From positions 7,966,012 to 8,030,011 of the forward strand of contig JBNZDD010013730.1 in the NCBI GenBank assembly GCA_050575255.1: a stretch of DNA of 64,000 nt. Direction: 5' to 3'. Both the position numbers and the translations under genes were made by a program. Positions 1 to 12,868 of this stretch are shown one piece after another (position 1 is the stretch's first letter; each line of letters opens with the position of its first letter). Source of the stretch: Harriotta raleighana (Eukaryota). Under the pieces are notes generated by a model that saw nothing but the letters and a program-made list of their open reading frames with translations, had not been told where the DNA came from and ran no database searches.

Positions 1-149
1 GTTCCATAAGTTTTCCACTCGTTCACTGACGTGGTGTTTCCACAGATTTGTTCTGAATTTCAGCCTCTTCAATCGCAGCCATTTCCTCTGGTTTAATGTT
101 CAGTACAAGATAAAACAGCTTACCATGGTCTACATTATCTATTCCCTTC

Positions 150-296
150 AGAAGACTGTAATCATATTGACCCTCAACCTTCTCTTCTCCAGTGTGAACA
201 TACCCAGGTTATCTAATCGCTCCTCATAATCCAGTCCCTCCATCCCCTCAGTCATTTTGGTTGCCCTCCTCCGTATCCTCTCAATCACTGCAATAT
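150..296 (-). mobile_element. CR1 LINE ORF2 C-terminal fragment
   Basis: Minus strand translates to IAVIERIRRRATKMTEGMEGLDYEERLDNLGMFTLEKRRLRVNMITVF, matching the CR1 motif LERVQRRATK...LSYEERL..LGLFSLEKRRLRGD. Confidence 0.9.
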
Positions 297-2870
297 AATG
301 GTCCACTGCTCAGATTTCTTCTGGTACATTTTTATTTACTGTCCAATGCATGGGTCAAATACTATACAATCAATGCTCTCTCATAAAAGTGAAGAATAGC
401 ATGGAAGCTGCAAATGCTGCGGTGGTAGTTTTGTAAATATGTGAGTGTATTGTATTTCAGATTTCATCTCATTGTTTTGGTGTGCTGTCTCACTTGTGCT
501 AGAGCTATCAATAAATTTACATTTTCCTGTACATGACACAGACAGTGACCGTATCCAGTATAGTGCCTTCACTTGCCTCAATTATTTTCTTTCCTATTTT
601 AGCCAAGTCATTATCTGGTGTGAAACGGATATCTACGCACAGTTTTTAAAAAAACATATACAGGAACAATCTAATGTAAGTTTTAAAAAACGCAATTGTT
701 TTAATTACTTTCAGATTTTTGTTCGTAGCAAGTCATAGAAAATGCCTCAATCACTCATTTAGTTAGTATTCAGTGGTTAATACCATAACATACCATTATG
801 AAAACATACATAATATGTAGCACTTAAAATGTTTCCAATTGTTTCCCAAGTTTCCAATATTTCTTGGAATCTGGAGAGCATACTGTTCTCTCAACAGACA
901 AAAAGGCAGAAATCATTGGTTTGATTGTACTGCAGACTGCATAACCAAAAGTTCTCAATAAACCTTGAGAGCCCACTCCTCATGCTCAATTGAATTCTAG
1001 CTACTGAACAAGAATGGTTTTGTGCAACATCATAATTAATCTTCATAATTGCTGCAGACACATAATACATGGCACGGATACTTTCACATGGCCTTGGTTA
1101 CTGATCTACTTCACAAATAATAGCTAAGCATCAAGTTGTTTATTCTGCTGCTCTTCCATTTTTTGTTTTGTCAACAGAAATTTCATCAATTACTTCCAAA
1201 AAATACTGCTCAATTTTGGATGCGACTTTTCAGTATATTTTAATTAGGTTAAGTAAAACGTCTCTAAAGTAAGCAATTATCTATACTACCTAATGGTGAT
1301 TATCTTTGTTCACAATCGTGAATTTTGTGAACTCGGATAGGGATATCCACTTAGCCTTTTTTCCTTTTCCAATAAAAAATAAGTGTTATCACTTGAAAGC
1401 CACCCTCCCTAATACCCCAACATTTAAAGGTTGATATCCATCAGCTCCAAAATTCTCTCAAAATTAGGAAACATAGGTTTAAAGTACTGAAGTTAAGCTA
1501 TCTGAAAAAAGTCAGTTTTCCAGTCACTCCTATATCAAATCAGATCATAAGATTTACTGAAAAAGTTTTATCATGTTATTAATGAAGAGGTAAAGTGGCA
1601 TTTTTAAGAAAATTCTAACTAAGATTGATGACTTTAATTTCAACAAAGCAATGTCCCACAAATGGCCATGAAGTGAGGTTCTCTATCACTGAAAATCACC
1701 TGGTTATCACAAACTAAAAAAATGGTTCTATTGCGCACAACAAATGAAAAGGCTGCAAAATATAAATCAATGCAATTTAGTGAGGTTCAAATGGACAGAG
1801 GTATTGGGCTCCACAGGTTGCATTTAGAAGACTGACTTCCTTAATGTGATTCCCATCTTGGGAACAATTAGACCCTTCTCCCTTTATAAGATTGTTTTGT
1901 TTTAGGATTTAAGGTAGCACAAAACTGGGAAACATTCTTAGAATTAATCTTAATTTGGAAACTAATTACTTGAGAGCTGCGGAAACTAGTTTGCTCTTTT
2001 TCACTCCTACTATTTATTTTCTGAATAACCTGCACATCTCTGTCCTGTCCTACCCAATCTCAAAGATTCCAAACCAAAATTAGAGTAGAAAATCGTAGTT
2101 TTGTAATCCCAAATCCCAGGTAATATATCTGATACATTCAGGAGTGCAACATTGATGAACACAGGTTTTATATCCTTTTTTGTTTTTCAAGCTTGTTATT
2201 TTTTTGAAAGCCTTCTTTGCTTGAAGAAAAATGTGAAGGAGAGTATCAGCTGACAGCACCTAACTATATAAAATGGAGCATTGTGGATCAGAAATCCAAA
2301 GGAACAAAAACTGGCGTGTCTGTTGACCTTTAATGGTTTTGACATTGCCAGTTTTAAATCAAAGCAAATCTTGAATTTACTGATTCCAAGACCTCTTCAA
2401 GCGAGCTTTCATATTCAGAACTGAAGGTTTTCAATATCAACGAGGTGGAAGCCAGTTGTCAATAACTTTCTGTCATTTTATTCAGCAAGCACTTTCCCTT
2501 AAATGGCAGGCCATTGGGGACCATTTTGCAATAAGAGAAAAAGACTGCACTTGATTTCTTTCTTCTTCTGAGTTACAGAACTCCATCAAAAGGCAGCAAG
2601 ACGCACAATTCATCAATTTTACCCACTCTTATTGTTAATGACAATAACATAAATGCCTCATGTTCAACTATAAATGCATTATTAATATTTTGTACAATAC
2701 ATTAGTATTATAATTGAAAAATCCGGCATCATTTTCAAAACTTCAAAACAAAAATCATTTTGTATAAAGGATTTGTCAAATCATTCAATCTAAAAATATG
2801 TGCCCAGAATATTTGAGAGCTGTATTATAATGGTACCTCTACACACATTGTAAAAGCTCCCATTGGTATA

Positions 2871-3402
2871 CAATAAAAGCCCATTTATCCAGCACCCGCG
2901 GGACCTGGCCAATGCCGGTTAAACGGCTTGCCGGTGAAATGATCAGATCCAACACCAAAAACCCAACATTAAAAAAAACTTATTTTGACACATACCATAT
3001 TAATAATAGACTAAATAATAACAGATAATAACAGAATATTGTATGGGTACTTTTGTAAATGTCATCCACTGTACCATATAAATAATAGACTAAAATCACT
3101 AATAACAGATACTGTAATAACAGAATATTTTATTAGTACTTTATTATTTATACTTAACTTCTGCAATGGCGGCTATCACGGGAGGAAAAAAACGTCAGGG
3201 CGACTTTAAAAAAAATGGCAGGCTCTTCTAGCGGCAAGCCAAAATACTTGTATAGTACTCAGGTACAATAATCGATTCATTAAATGCGCCACTGCTATTG
3301 TGCCAGATAACATCCGGTTAATTGGATGGGGACTTTTTTTTTGACGTGCAGATTATACAGAAGTTCAGGTTCATCGAGTCACGGATAAACGGGCTTTTAA
3401 TA
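2871..3402. mobile_element. Non-autonomous Tc1/mariner-superfamily (pogo/Tigger-like) MITE
   Basis: TIRs caataaaagcccatttatcc (2871-2890) and ggataaacgggcttttaata (3383-3402); TA on both sides (2869-2870, 3403-3404); CpG-rich relative to background; no ORF. Confidence 0.8.
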
Positions 3403-6056
3403 TATGTTCCTAGAGTGCATCAGAAATGGTTTGGTTTCTGTTTAGAAAATGCCACTTGGGTATTCAGATTCTGCCTAGATCCACCCAAAAATAATCTTTG
3501 ACCAAATTGTCTGTATGAATTCTTAAATTGAGCATCCTCCAATTCTCTGTAAGCCTTCTCTGTAACACTAGGAATTCATTCAAATAAGCTTTGGGTGCTT
3601 ACAAATGCATTTTCACTTTTGGAAAGTAAACTAAGTATAACGGCAGTAAGATTGTACTGTGATGTGCATTCGACAGTCATATTTATTTAGGCAAGTGGAA
3701 GTCACTTTAGAGCACATAACACATAGTGATTTACCTCCGCATGTAACAATACATAAACATTGACTTTACCTGGCAATTTCACCACAAAAGTACCATCCAA
3801 GACAGTTTATCTTTGTATGGCTCTGTGTTCTAGCAGTTGATTATGATTCACATTTTGATCACCACTTTACATTCCTTTTCTTACCTCAAATACGACGCTC
3901 TTCCTCAAATCAAAAACTACAAACAAAGAACTCACATTTATGCCTTGGTCCCAAAGAGATGTTGGTACTCAGATTGTATATTTGGTACTAACGTGTGATC
4001 TTCTTTTGGGCATGCAAGGCTATTTATTACTCATGCGCCCATGGAAGTGTTCTGGGCAACAAAACATGTTTATCACTTTGCAATTAGTGAGGTGACAGTA
4101 TTAAGAACTCTTGAGGCAATGTATGGTGTGTACAGCAGCTGTGATTGCTGGTGTTCTGTCATTATAAATACAGGCTCATCCTTCATTCTCAGAAAAGCAC
4201 TTCCTGCTGCCCCAGGCATACATTTCATCTCTCAGAGATAGGATTGCTTACTGTAAGTGGGACAGTTTGTGCTATGAACTCCAGTGAACGATACTTAGAT
4301 TGTCAAGTCCTGAGAAAATTAATGGTAAAAGAGCTTTATTGACCTGACTAGAATCATACATCTTGAACTAGGACACTTCTTCACAATTTGGCACTGGTTA
4401 ACCTTGAAACAGAGCTATGGGGTGGGGAACCCAATGGGAATTATGGCTTCATGCTACCTGTGGCGGCAGAGTTGATCAATACTGTGCTGCAGACTGCACC
4501 GTGGGATTAAACACAAGAGTTTTGCAATATACAGGGGGAAAGCAGCTAAATGATGGTAGAACTCACTTTACAGACCATCAATAGTTTATTCTGCGAGAAA
4601 ACAAACATTCAGCAAACATTTTAAAACAAAATCCATGCAAAAGACCAAGGCTTGCATTTTTCTTTTGCCGGACCCGAGCATTAGTAAATGGACACCACTA
4701 ACCAGAATAAAAGCTTCTGATTGAGAAAATGCTGAAAACCCTCAGAGACCTTTTTCCTGTTTGCTTCAAGACATTTCTGTTGTCTGGAGGTCAATTTGTA
4801 TTGTTGATCATACACCATAAAATATTTTATTGATCTTCCCGCAGACTCTTACAAATGGTGCTATCAAAATTGAGCTATCATAAATTAATGCTTCCTAATT
4901 GGTTTTGCGGAGATCATTAATGCGTGTTTATTTTTCCACAGCTCTCTTCAGTTTATTGAAAATCCCTGCATTGTTTTATTGTATTCCATGGCCTAACCAA
5001 TGCTGCAAACATTTTTTGATACTTCCTTGTGCCAATCTGCTGATTTGATAGTGTTTTTTCATCCAACATTGTCACCTTTGTACTGTATTTAGCAGTGCAT
5101 GTTGTACTAATACACCAACAATGTACCATATAAATCAACCACACTCTAATTTGGCTTTGTGCCTAATTAAATGCTACAGTACAGAAATATATAAAAAAGA
5201 GAATAAGGACAGCCATTGAAATAAAATTCAATGGCGATAAGGTTATAAATAGAAAAGGATCAAATATGAAATGACACATGAAACACTGTATTTTGAAACA
5301 TGTATTTAACAAGTGATAACATTTATAGCTTTTCTTACCTCATTGAAGATGGGAGCATTTGATCCTTGAGGAATTAAATCTTGAAAGCCATTTCTTGAGC
5401 ATGGACATTAATGGATAGCTTCTCAACATACTAGGTCTTGCTAAGGCAGGAATAACTAAAACAATATATTTGTTGAATGAGTATCTACACTATATATGAT
5501 TTTATGTTTTAAAATCCTGAGAGGGGGATAAAATAGATTTTATGTGGATTTGAGTACAAAATGAAAAAATATGAGTACAATATAAAACAAATCTCAACTT
5601 TCAAAAAGTGCCAATGAGAGTCAAGGCTTGGGGACTCAAATTGAAATAATCCAAGTTATTTTGTCCTAATCTCTTCAACATTGGTAGTTATCGATACTTT
5701 GAACCTTTGCCCTTTATCTATGTTTCTCAATTCAGAAAAAGTAGACAATGTGATTGGAAGGAATGAGAATAACCTTTGGTGAGACAATAGGTTTCAAATG
5801 AGCAAAACTATTTTTTAAAATAAGGAACTTTTTGAAGCGAGTAATAAAACTAATAGAAATATATATGTATATATATTATATGTATTCCCAGATCATGAAG
5901 GCATCTCTCATAACTTAAAAAGTCTGTGATTGTTCATTCCATCTGACATTTGCTTACAGAAAACCATTTGGGTGTAATATTTCAGTAAGAAATATGAGAT
6001 TCACAGGCTCTGTGACAAACCAATAATGAGATTGTTGGAACAAATCAATATATTAA

Positions 6057-6231
6057 CCCTTTGGGTATGGAGATTCTTTCTAATATATGACAGCGACAAA
6101 CATCTTGAAAGAAAAATAAGGACACAATAGAGAATGGCGAGACACTTTCACATTTGTATTATTCCTTTATTAAAGGGTGAGAACGCTTTTTTTTAAAGGA
6201 ATGCTGAAATACTACCGCAATACTCAAAGGG
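6057..6231. mobile_element. Putative piggyBac-type MITE remnant
   Basis: Left end TTAA|CCCTTTGGGTAT, right end ATACTCAAAGGG (11/12 inverted match, weaker similarity over about 25 bp); right TTAA is replaced by TTTG. Confidence 0.45.
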
Positions 6232-7037
6232 TTTGTCACAAATCCTAACAAATAAATGCATTGAAATGCTTTGTCCCTAGTGGAGATTTCAAATAAATGA
6301 GATTGTTTTGCTGAACCATGCATTTCAGTCTGAATCAATAATATAGTTTGTTATAATTTATTTCCAAGTGATGATAGGGCCTCAATATAAAGCTAATTAA
6401 TGAAGGGCGGTTACCGATTATGGTGGTTTGTGATGAGAGGCCAAAGATGTCTGATACAGTTGTTCTTCAACATCTTTACTTAAGGTGGTTCCTTTTTGAT
6501 CCCTTTGTACATCAGTAATCCAGAAGCTTCAAAAAACAGCTTCTGTAACACCCTACAGCAGACAACTTGGCTTAACCAAAGTCCTCAAAATTCACATTGT
6601 GCTTTTATTAATTGGACAAAAAATACAAAGGCACCAAGGGGAAGAAAATCGGAAGTACAGTATTAAAAGAATACTGGTTAGAAAAAAAACATGACATCTG
6701 TTTGCTGAAAGAGATTTACTGAAATACTGAGGTTTGCTGGAATACATTTAAACAAATTGACTGGTATTTCCACCTTTGCAGTAAAACTGACCAAGGTTTT
6801 CTCAATGGAAGGTGCTTAAAGCTGGCTGGTTTTGTGGAGTGTTAAACACAAGAGGATAGGGTGTTTAATGTGTAATACATTGGCGAGAAAACCTATGAGG
6901 TACTGTACCATGCACATTTTATTCACTGTGAGGGCTATGGGTTGCAGTGTTCACAGTAAGATTCAAAAATAATTTTCACCAGTCGTACAGCATGCCGATA
7001 CATTTGGAATTCTGCTCCCAAACAACCTCCTCCCAGA

Positions 7038-7065
7038 TGTGTGTGAGTCATTGTGTGTGAGTCAT
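7038..7065. repeat. 14-bp tandem duplication carrying two AP-1 (TGAGTCA) sites
   Basis: tgtgtgtgagtcat x2 followed by a partial third unit. Confidence 0.8.
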
Positions 7066-8365
7066 TGTGAGTTCTGCTTGCCACAGAGATTTGATATTCA
7101 TGAATCGTTTCTAAATCCTGCCATTAATACTATACCTGTGTACTCTTTCTTCAAGATGTATTTTAATGAACAGATAAGATAGACTGTTTAGAATGTTAAA
7201 CATGGTAAATACTTTTCCAACAAACATCAACGATCCTCTATGCATTAAAATATATAACCTGCATGAAACCGTAAAAGGTATACTTGCACTATATAGCACT
7301 AGTGTGTGTGAATGGTAGCAAACTTTAACCAAACTGGAATTACTAGATAAAAGTAAACTACTGTATGATAGAGGAAGAAAGGCACTAGTACAATGGTGTA
7401 AAACCATGAGCCAATATTATAAACCACAAATAACTGAAGTATGACTCTGCCATGACATTACAAGTTATTAGTGCTCAGTTTATTGGATCTAATCCATAAT
7501 TCTTGTAAGATAAAAATTGCTTACCTTTAGCAAACAGGAATATTTCTTGTGGTTTTAGGTAACTTGTGTTCCAAAGTGTAGCCCTTTCTTACTTTATATG
7601 AATTCAGCCAGTGCAATAAGAGTTCCAGTTAAATAAATTTCATCCTTAAGCTGCTTATACATCTAACCTTTCAACAAGATATGAGGAGCCGGCGGAAACA
7701 AATTAGAAGCCTGCCTTTTTTAGAGACTCAGTTTTCTTAAAAAGATCAAATAGAACTGTTATGCTGGAAGCTTCTTATTACTTCTTATGTAGTACAAGTT
7801 TGTGCTATGCCTCAGGGTAGTCTTACTGATGTCCATTCAGTAACATATTGCAGATGACTGAGATCACAAGCAGCAATATTAGCCGACAGTAGATTCTGAC
7901 AAAGGTCAGCTCTAAGAATATCAGTTTATGCCCAACTACTCAACTGTCTCCTTTAAATAAGAGTACATGTGTGCTATCCATTGAATTTCTTATAGCATTA
8001 ATGTATTAGTACAAAATATAGCAAAAAATCACAAGATCAAAAAATCACAAAATTGGTTTGGATGAGGAATACCCCATTCCAATCCGGAATATCATTCCTA
8101 TTGTCCCCCCATCACTTTCTTAATACAAACCACAAAACCCATACGAGAACTATAACAAGGAATGGTACCAACATAATTTTATCATTATATGGTGGATGGG
8201 TCAAGTGTTCCTGCAAAGAGTTTGTTACTGTTTAGTTGTTAAACCTCTGTTCTTTGCAATAATATTTGCTTTACAACACATATTTAGTGGTGTTCTACCA
8301 GACCATTACGAAGACTAATTGATTGTGGTAATTGTTGGCCCTCCGGTATGAACATAGCATGGGAT

Positions 8366-8538
8366 GTTAAGCATCACTGCAGATTTCAGGAATAACAATT
8401 CCATAAGTGAGAGCTGTTTCATTATGAGAGATGACGGNGTTAAGCATCACTGCAGATTTCAGGAATAACAATTCCATAAGTGAGAGCTGATTCATTANAT
8501 TCCATAAGTGAGAGCTGTTTCATTATGAGAGATGACGG
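8366..8538. other. Probable assembly overlap artefact (duplications around N at 8438 and 8498)
   Basis: Sequence before each single N is repeated immediately after it. Confidence 0.85.
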
Positions 8539-10167
8539 TGGTAAAAACGTGAATATAGGAGAATTTGTTGGTGCAGTTTAGAAGAAATACAAATACCATG
8601 GCTGATGGCATCTGAAATAAAATCAGAATAATGTTTGTTCAGATGCTGACTGCTCCGCTGTGTATTCCCATCTTTTTTTTGTTCACATTTAGCTCTGTAC
8701 TTTCAGCTCTGCAAACCGAGTTTGGAATCTGCCGTGACCAGGGCGTATAATCCTTGTCCTCACTGCACAAGCATTTTAAGGAAGTGCAACCTTTCTCAGT
8801 CTTAAATTCTATTTATTCTGTTCTTAATCAATAATAGTGTGAATCTAGAGCATGTGTACATGTATATATTTGAAAATTGTTTGTATTTGGCCCATTTGCC
8901 TACACAAGGTCACTTCATCAATGGTTAAGAAAACTTAAATTAGTGTCCCATAACTTCTTCTTTGCCAATAAAGAATCCCTTTCTAATCTGTCTCAGTTTG
9001 AGAAGGTAACACTTGGCATAACAAACCACAAAGGTACATTTTAATACCTAGGAGCTAGCAGCCAGAGTTCTGTGAAGAGGAATCTCAGCTTGCTCTCTTA
9101 GCGTTAACACAAGTATAGTGATTCAGTAAAATCTAAGATTTCCATGCAGCGATCTGCAGGAAATATTGCTAGGCTGCGGGTAAATGACTTGGCTGATCAC
9201 TGCAGTGGCTCAACAAAGTGCATTTACTTATAAAGAATCAGATTGATGTTTGCTTGTGAACTGGTGGAGAATGAACTCTGCTTCTTGCTGGAGTGAGTTC
9301 AATCAGACAGCCGCTCTGCTGAAGTCAAGTGTCAAGGGTTTTCCCTTAAAGAACACTGACGAGTTTTTAGAGCGTATACTATTTCCTGCTTTCTAACACC
9401 CACATTCTACTTTGGCACAATCCTATCAAAGGAGCATGAACAATCGATAGGTGGTGCATTTCAATAAGATAGGAGTCCTGCCAGGATTTCTGCCTCTATC
9501 CTATTTCTGAAAAGAAGTATTTCTCTGTGATGCAATCCATGGTCCTTTTGGCAAACCAGCTAACAATTGGGAATAGTCCCCTAAAGAGGAACAGTAAGTT
9601 TAACAAAGAATCACAATTTGACATTGAACGTCTAATCTGCTGGTTAGAAATAATTGCTGCTTGATTACTAGACTAATGAAAAGGAGTAGAAGTCGATTCT
9701 GGTCTTACAATAAGTACCATAGCTCATAATAATTAGAGTCTATGCTGGAAACATTATCTTACATGTCTTCAATTAACGTACATATCTTCGATAGATTTCC
9801 TGTAAACACACCCATGTGCTAAAGGTTTGTATAAAAGACAATGATTGCATTAGCCAAGAAGCCTAACCTGGTTTTAAAGTCGGATGGATTGAATTATATT
9901 TAATGAATGTTCTTGTACTTTTGTCACAAAAGTTGCTGGATGTACAATGATGTGTAAAATCGATTGGACTGCGTTCAATGGTCCCTATGCTTCTAAATGG
10001 TGAGACAGATGGAAAGACATGTGTTAGTTTAGGATGTCAATGTGTTCCCTTATAACAATGCCCCAGCTTTCCTCGTGAAGAAAGAGTTCTTTGAAATTTA
10101 CTGTGCACTGTGGAATATTCTTTTTAAAAATATACGCAGAATCCTTTATTGCTTTATCAATAAAATC

Positions 10168-10222
10168 CATAGGCCATGGAGGACTTTAAACATAAGGACC
10201 AGGATGTTGAATTGAATCCTCT
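10168..10222 (-). mobile_element. Short L2 LINE fragment
   Basis: aggccatggaggactttaaacataaggaccaggatgttg resembles aggccatggaaggttttgaatgcgaggaccaggattttg of the L2 copy at about 12486. Confidence 0.55.
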
Positions 10223-10571
10223 GTGATCACCTTAAGAAAAAGCGTAAACACTCTTTTATGAGTGTTTGATATTTTTAGCCTCAGCTATAAGGTATATTCA
10301 TAATTAGTAACATGTTAATTTTCTGAATGCCCATGGGATTCTTTGCACCACAGAAATGTAAACGCTGAGCTGAGGCTGTTTGGATAATTTATGCAGCTAT
10401 AAAAAATTAGATTGGCTTGTTTTTGGAATCATTGACAAGGTGTAGACTTTATCTAGATATAAAAAAAACTTTTGCGGGGGAGTTGGGGGAGAAGAGGAGG
10501 AGCGAGTAAATGAATTCAACTGGAAATAAATTTCAGGGAAATATTCCCTTCAAAAAAGAAATACACTCAAT

Positions 10572-10730
10572 CCAAGATTGTTTGTGGGACACTGCCTTGA
10601 GGAATTGGCTGTCACATTTCACCCACAAAATATAGTCAATTCACTTTATAGTATATTCTTTGAAGCGCTTTGAGACATCTCGAAGACGTGATAAATTGCT
10701 ACATCAAAATGCAAGGATTAATATTATTAG
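10572..10730 (+). mobile_element. 5'-truncated SINE (Deu-like 3' part + L2-type tail)
   Basis: tgtgggacactgc..aattggctg..cccacaaaatatagtcaattcactt..gaagcgctttgagac..aaatgcaaggattaatatt, the same as the 3' half of the full-length copies. Confidence 0.85.
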
Positions 10731-12161
10731 TTACACATACTGTATATTGTTTGAAGCAGCTATTGGTGTATATAATGCTGTCTTTATTTATGCAATGTTG
10801 CAATGTCAAAGTCTACATTGTGTACCAGTATAACAGTGTTCTTCACAAAGCACAATTGGTGTGACTACTGTTTACATTTGTGAGATTTTGCTTCTTCAAT
10901 GTAAAGGAGATAAATTGACAAAGAGAACTCATTCGAAAATGACATATCTAATATTATGACACCTCACAATAACCTGTGAATTGCACGAGAAAAAGCATGT
11001 TCTCAGTGTGAAAGTTACATTTGAGAGCAGATTATATATCACTGTTATTTTTCCAGAAAGTTTCATTTTCAGTTTTACCGTAGGCAGTGGCTCCGAGTTT
11101 TTTTAATGTACTAGTAGGGGACTGTGAGTTTGCCTGTGTTTGCAAAATCACCACTGAATCAGCATATATGATAATTGATAGTTAGCTTCACTGGGCTTCA
11201 TGACACCAGGTTAAGTCACCATGAGTGAACATCCATTCAGGTGTACAGTGTAGTCATAGTGCAAATAAATAAATAAATGATAGAGGTTACAATGCCCTTT
11301 GAGCAATGGTTGCTTTTTGTGGTTCTGAAGAAAAATTTAGTATTGTTTCTATTGGTGAAAATGGGTATGGTTACCGCTAGCTTTTGGTACGTTACAAAGA
11401 AAAGATTTTTTTTTAAAAGTTCAGATATCATCACAAAATCAGATGACTGTTGCAGTTTATGTTCATCAAATGAACCATTGGATTAGTCAACTCATTCACA
11501 ATTCAGTGTAAACTAACCACCTACAGTGTCGCGTGTCATCGTATGAAAGCAGTATTTAAACACTGGATTTTATTATGTTCCGTAAAACAACTCACTAAAA
11601 ATCTGGTAATATTATCTCCCAATTGATATTATTAATCTCTCCAAATTCATCTGCCAAATACACAGTCACTTTACAGTAATTCCTCTGGAGTGCTTTGAAA
11701 ATCCGCCCAAAGTGAAATGCACTGTATTAGCAGTAATAAATATTATTATAATTAAAGATAATAACAAATAAAATAGGTGTAAATTTATATTCTGTACTAA
11801 GTTGGATGCTTCATAGCTTAAAGTATGCACTGTCATAAACACATGGATTGCCACTTAAATGGCTGTAATGTTCCCTCTATATATCATGCACTATCTGCCT
11901 TGAAAAGACTCAGAATATTGTTAACATATGTTAATTTTTTTCCGCCACCTGGTACTTCTATATGATGTACTGTGTGTGAAGTAACAAATTACTTCTGAGA
12001 AATAAAATAATTCTTCAACTCTTGTCACACAATGTCTTGTGACTTTGGAGCAAGCACTGCCAGTGTTTATTTAATAATTATTTTAGCTACAGCACACTAA
12101 CAGCCTTGCAACTAAACTTAGGGCTTGTGATGGAGAGCATTCTCTTCTCAATATGATGTTG

Positions 12162-12868
12162 AATAACAAGAACAACAGCAAAATTACGCTTGTATAGCGC
12201 CTTTCACGTCAGGCGGATGTTCCAAGACGTCGGACAGTCGTTNTTTCAGACCCAAGCTGGGGTATGAGGAGATTTGGGGTGACTGATGGGATTGTCGAAG
12301 AAAAGGGTCTTCAGGTGGGACTTGAAGGATGCAAGGGAGGAGGTGATATGGAGAGACTGAGGGATGGAGTTCCAGAAGTTGAGGGCAGAGTGGCTTAAAG
12401 CTCACCCACCAATGGTGGGGCAGGTGGGTCGGGGAACGTGGAGGGTTGGTAGGGTGTTAGGAGATCACAAAGGTAGGGTAGGGTGAGGCCATGGAAGGTT
12501 TTGAATGCGAGGACCAGGATTTTGCCTGTAGGTAATGAATGCCAATGGAGTCAAGCAAGGATGGGGGAGAGGGATCACGCAACTTGCAGCAATAGAGAAC
12601 ATGGGCTGCAGAGTTCTGGATTATCTTCAGCCTATGGAGGGAGGAAATGGGAAGGCCAACAAGCAGGAGGTTGGTGTAGTCAAGCTAGGATGTGATGAAG
12701 GCCTGAATGAGGGTTTCAGGGTTTGAGGGGTGAGGTAGTGGTGGAGTCGGGCAATATTGCAGAGGTGAGTGAAGGCAGAGTGGGTCATGGTTTGGATGTG
12801 GGGGAGGAAAGACAGTTGAGGATCAAATAAGACACCTAGGTTCCTGACTGGCTTGGTGAGGTTGAGTG
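12162..12868 (-). mobile_element. L2 LINE 3' fragment (ORF2 C-terminus, 3'UTR, stem-loop tail)
   Basis: Translates VRNLGVLFDPQLSFLPHI...AFTHLCNIARL; tail gtgaaaggcgctatacaagcgtaatttt plus a degenerate (GTT)n on the minus strand; N at 12243. Confidence 0.92.

Noticed and set aside
3406-3573. Weak inverted repeat ttcctagagtg...cactaggaa
   Set aside because: Too short and degenerate to distinguish from chance; no TSD
5339-5455. Minus-strand exon candidate (ttgttttag acceptor, GAG|GTAAGA donor)
   Set aside because: All three frames contain stops and the peptide is unrecognised; at most a non-coding exon, which cannot be supported without RNA data
8366-8538. Repeat-spacer-like or tandem arrays around N bases as CRISPR or genuine tandem duplications
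   Set aside because: No constant repeat with unique spacers, eukaryotic context, and each is split by a single N typical of unmerged overlaps
8600-8690. Possible Penelope-like or other shark repeat end (cagatgctgactgctccgctgtgtattccc)
   Set aside because: Similarity is short, recalled from memory and has no second clear copy in the window
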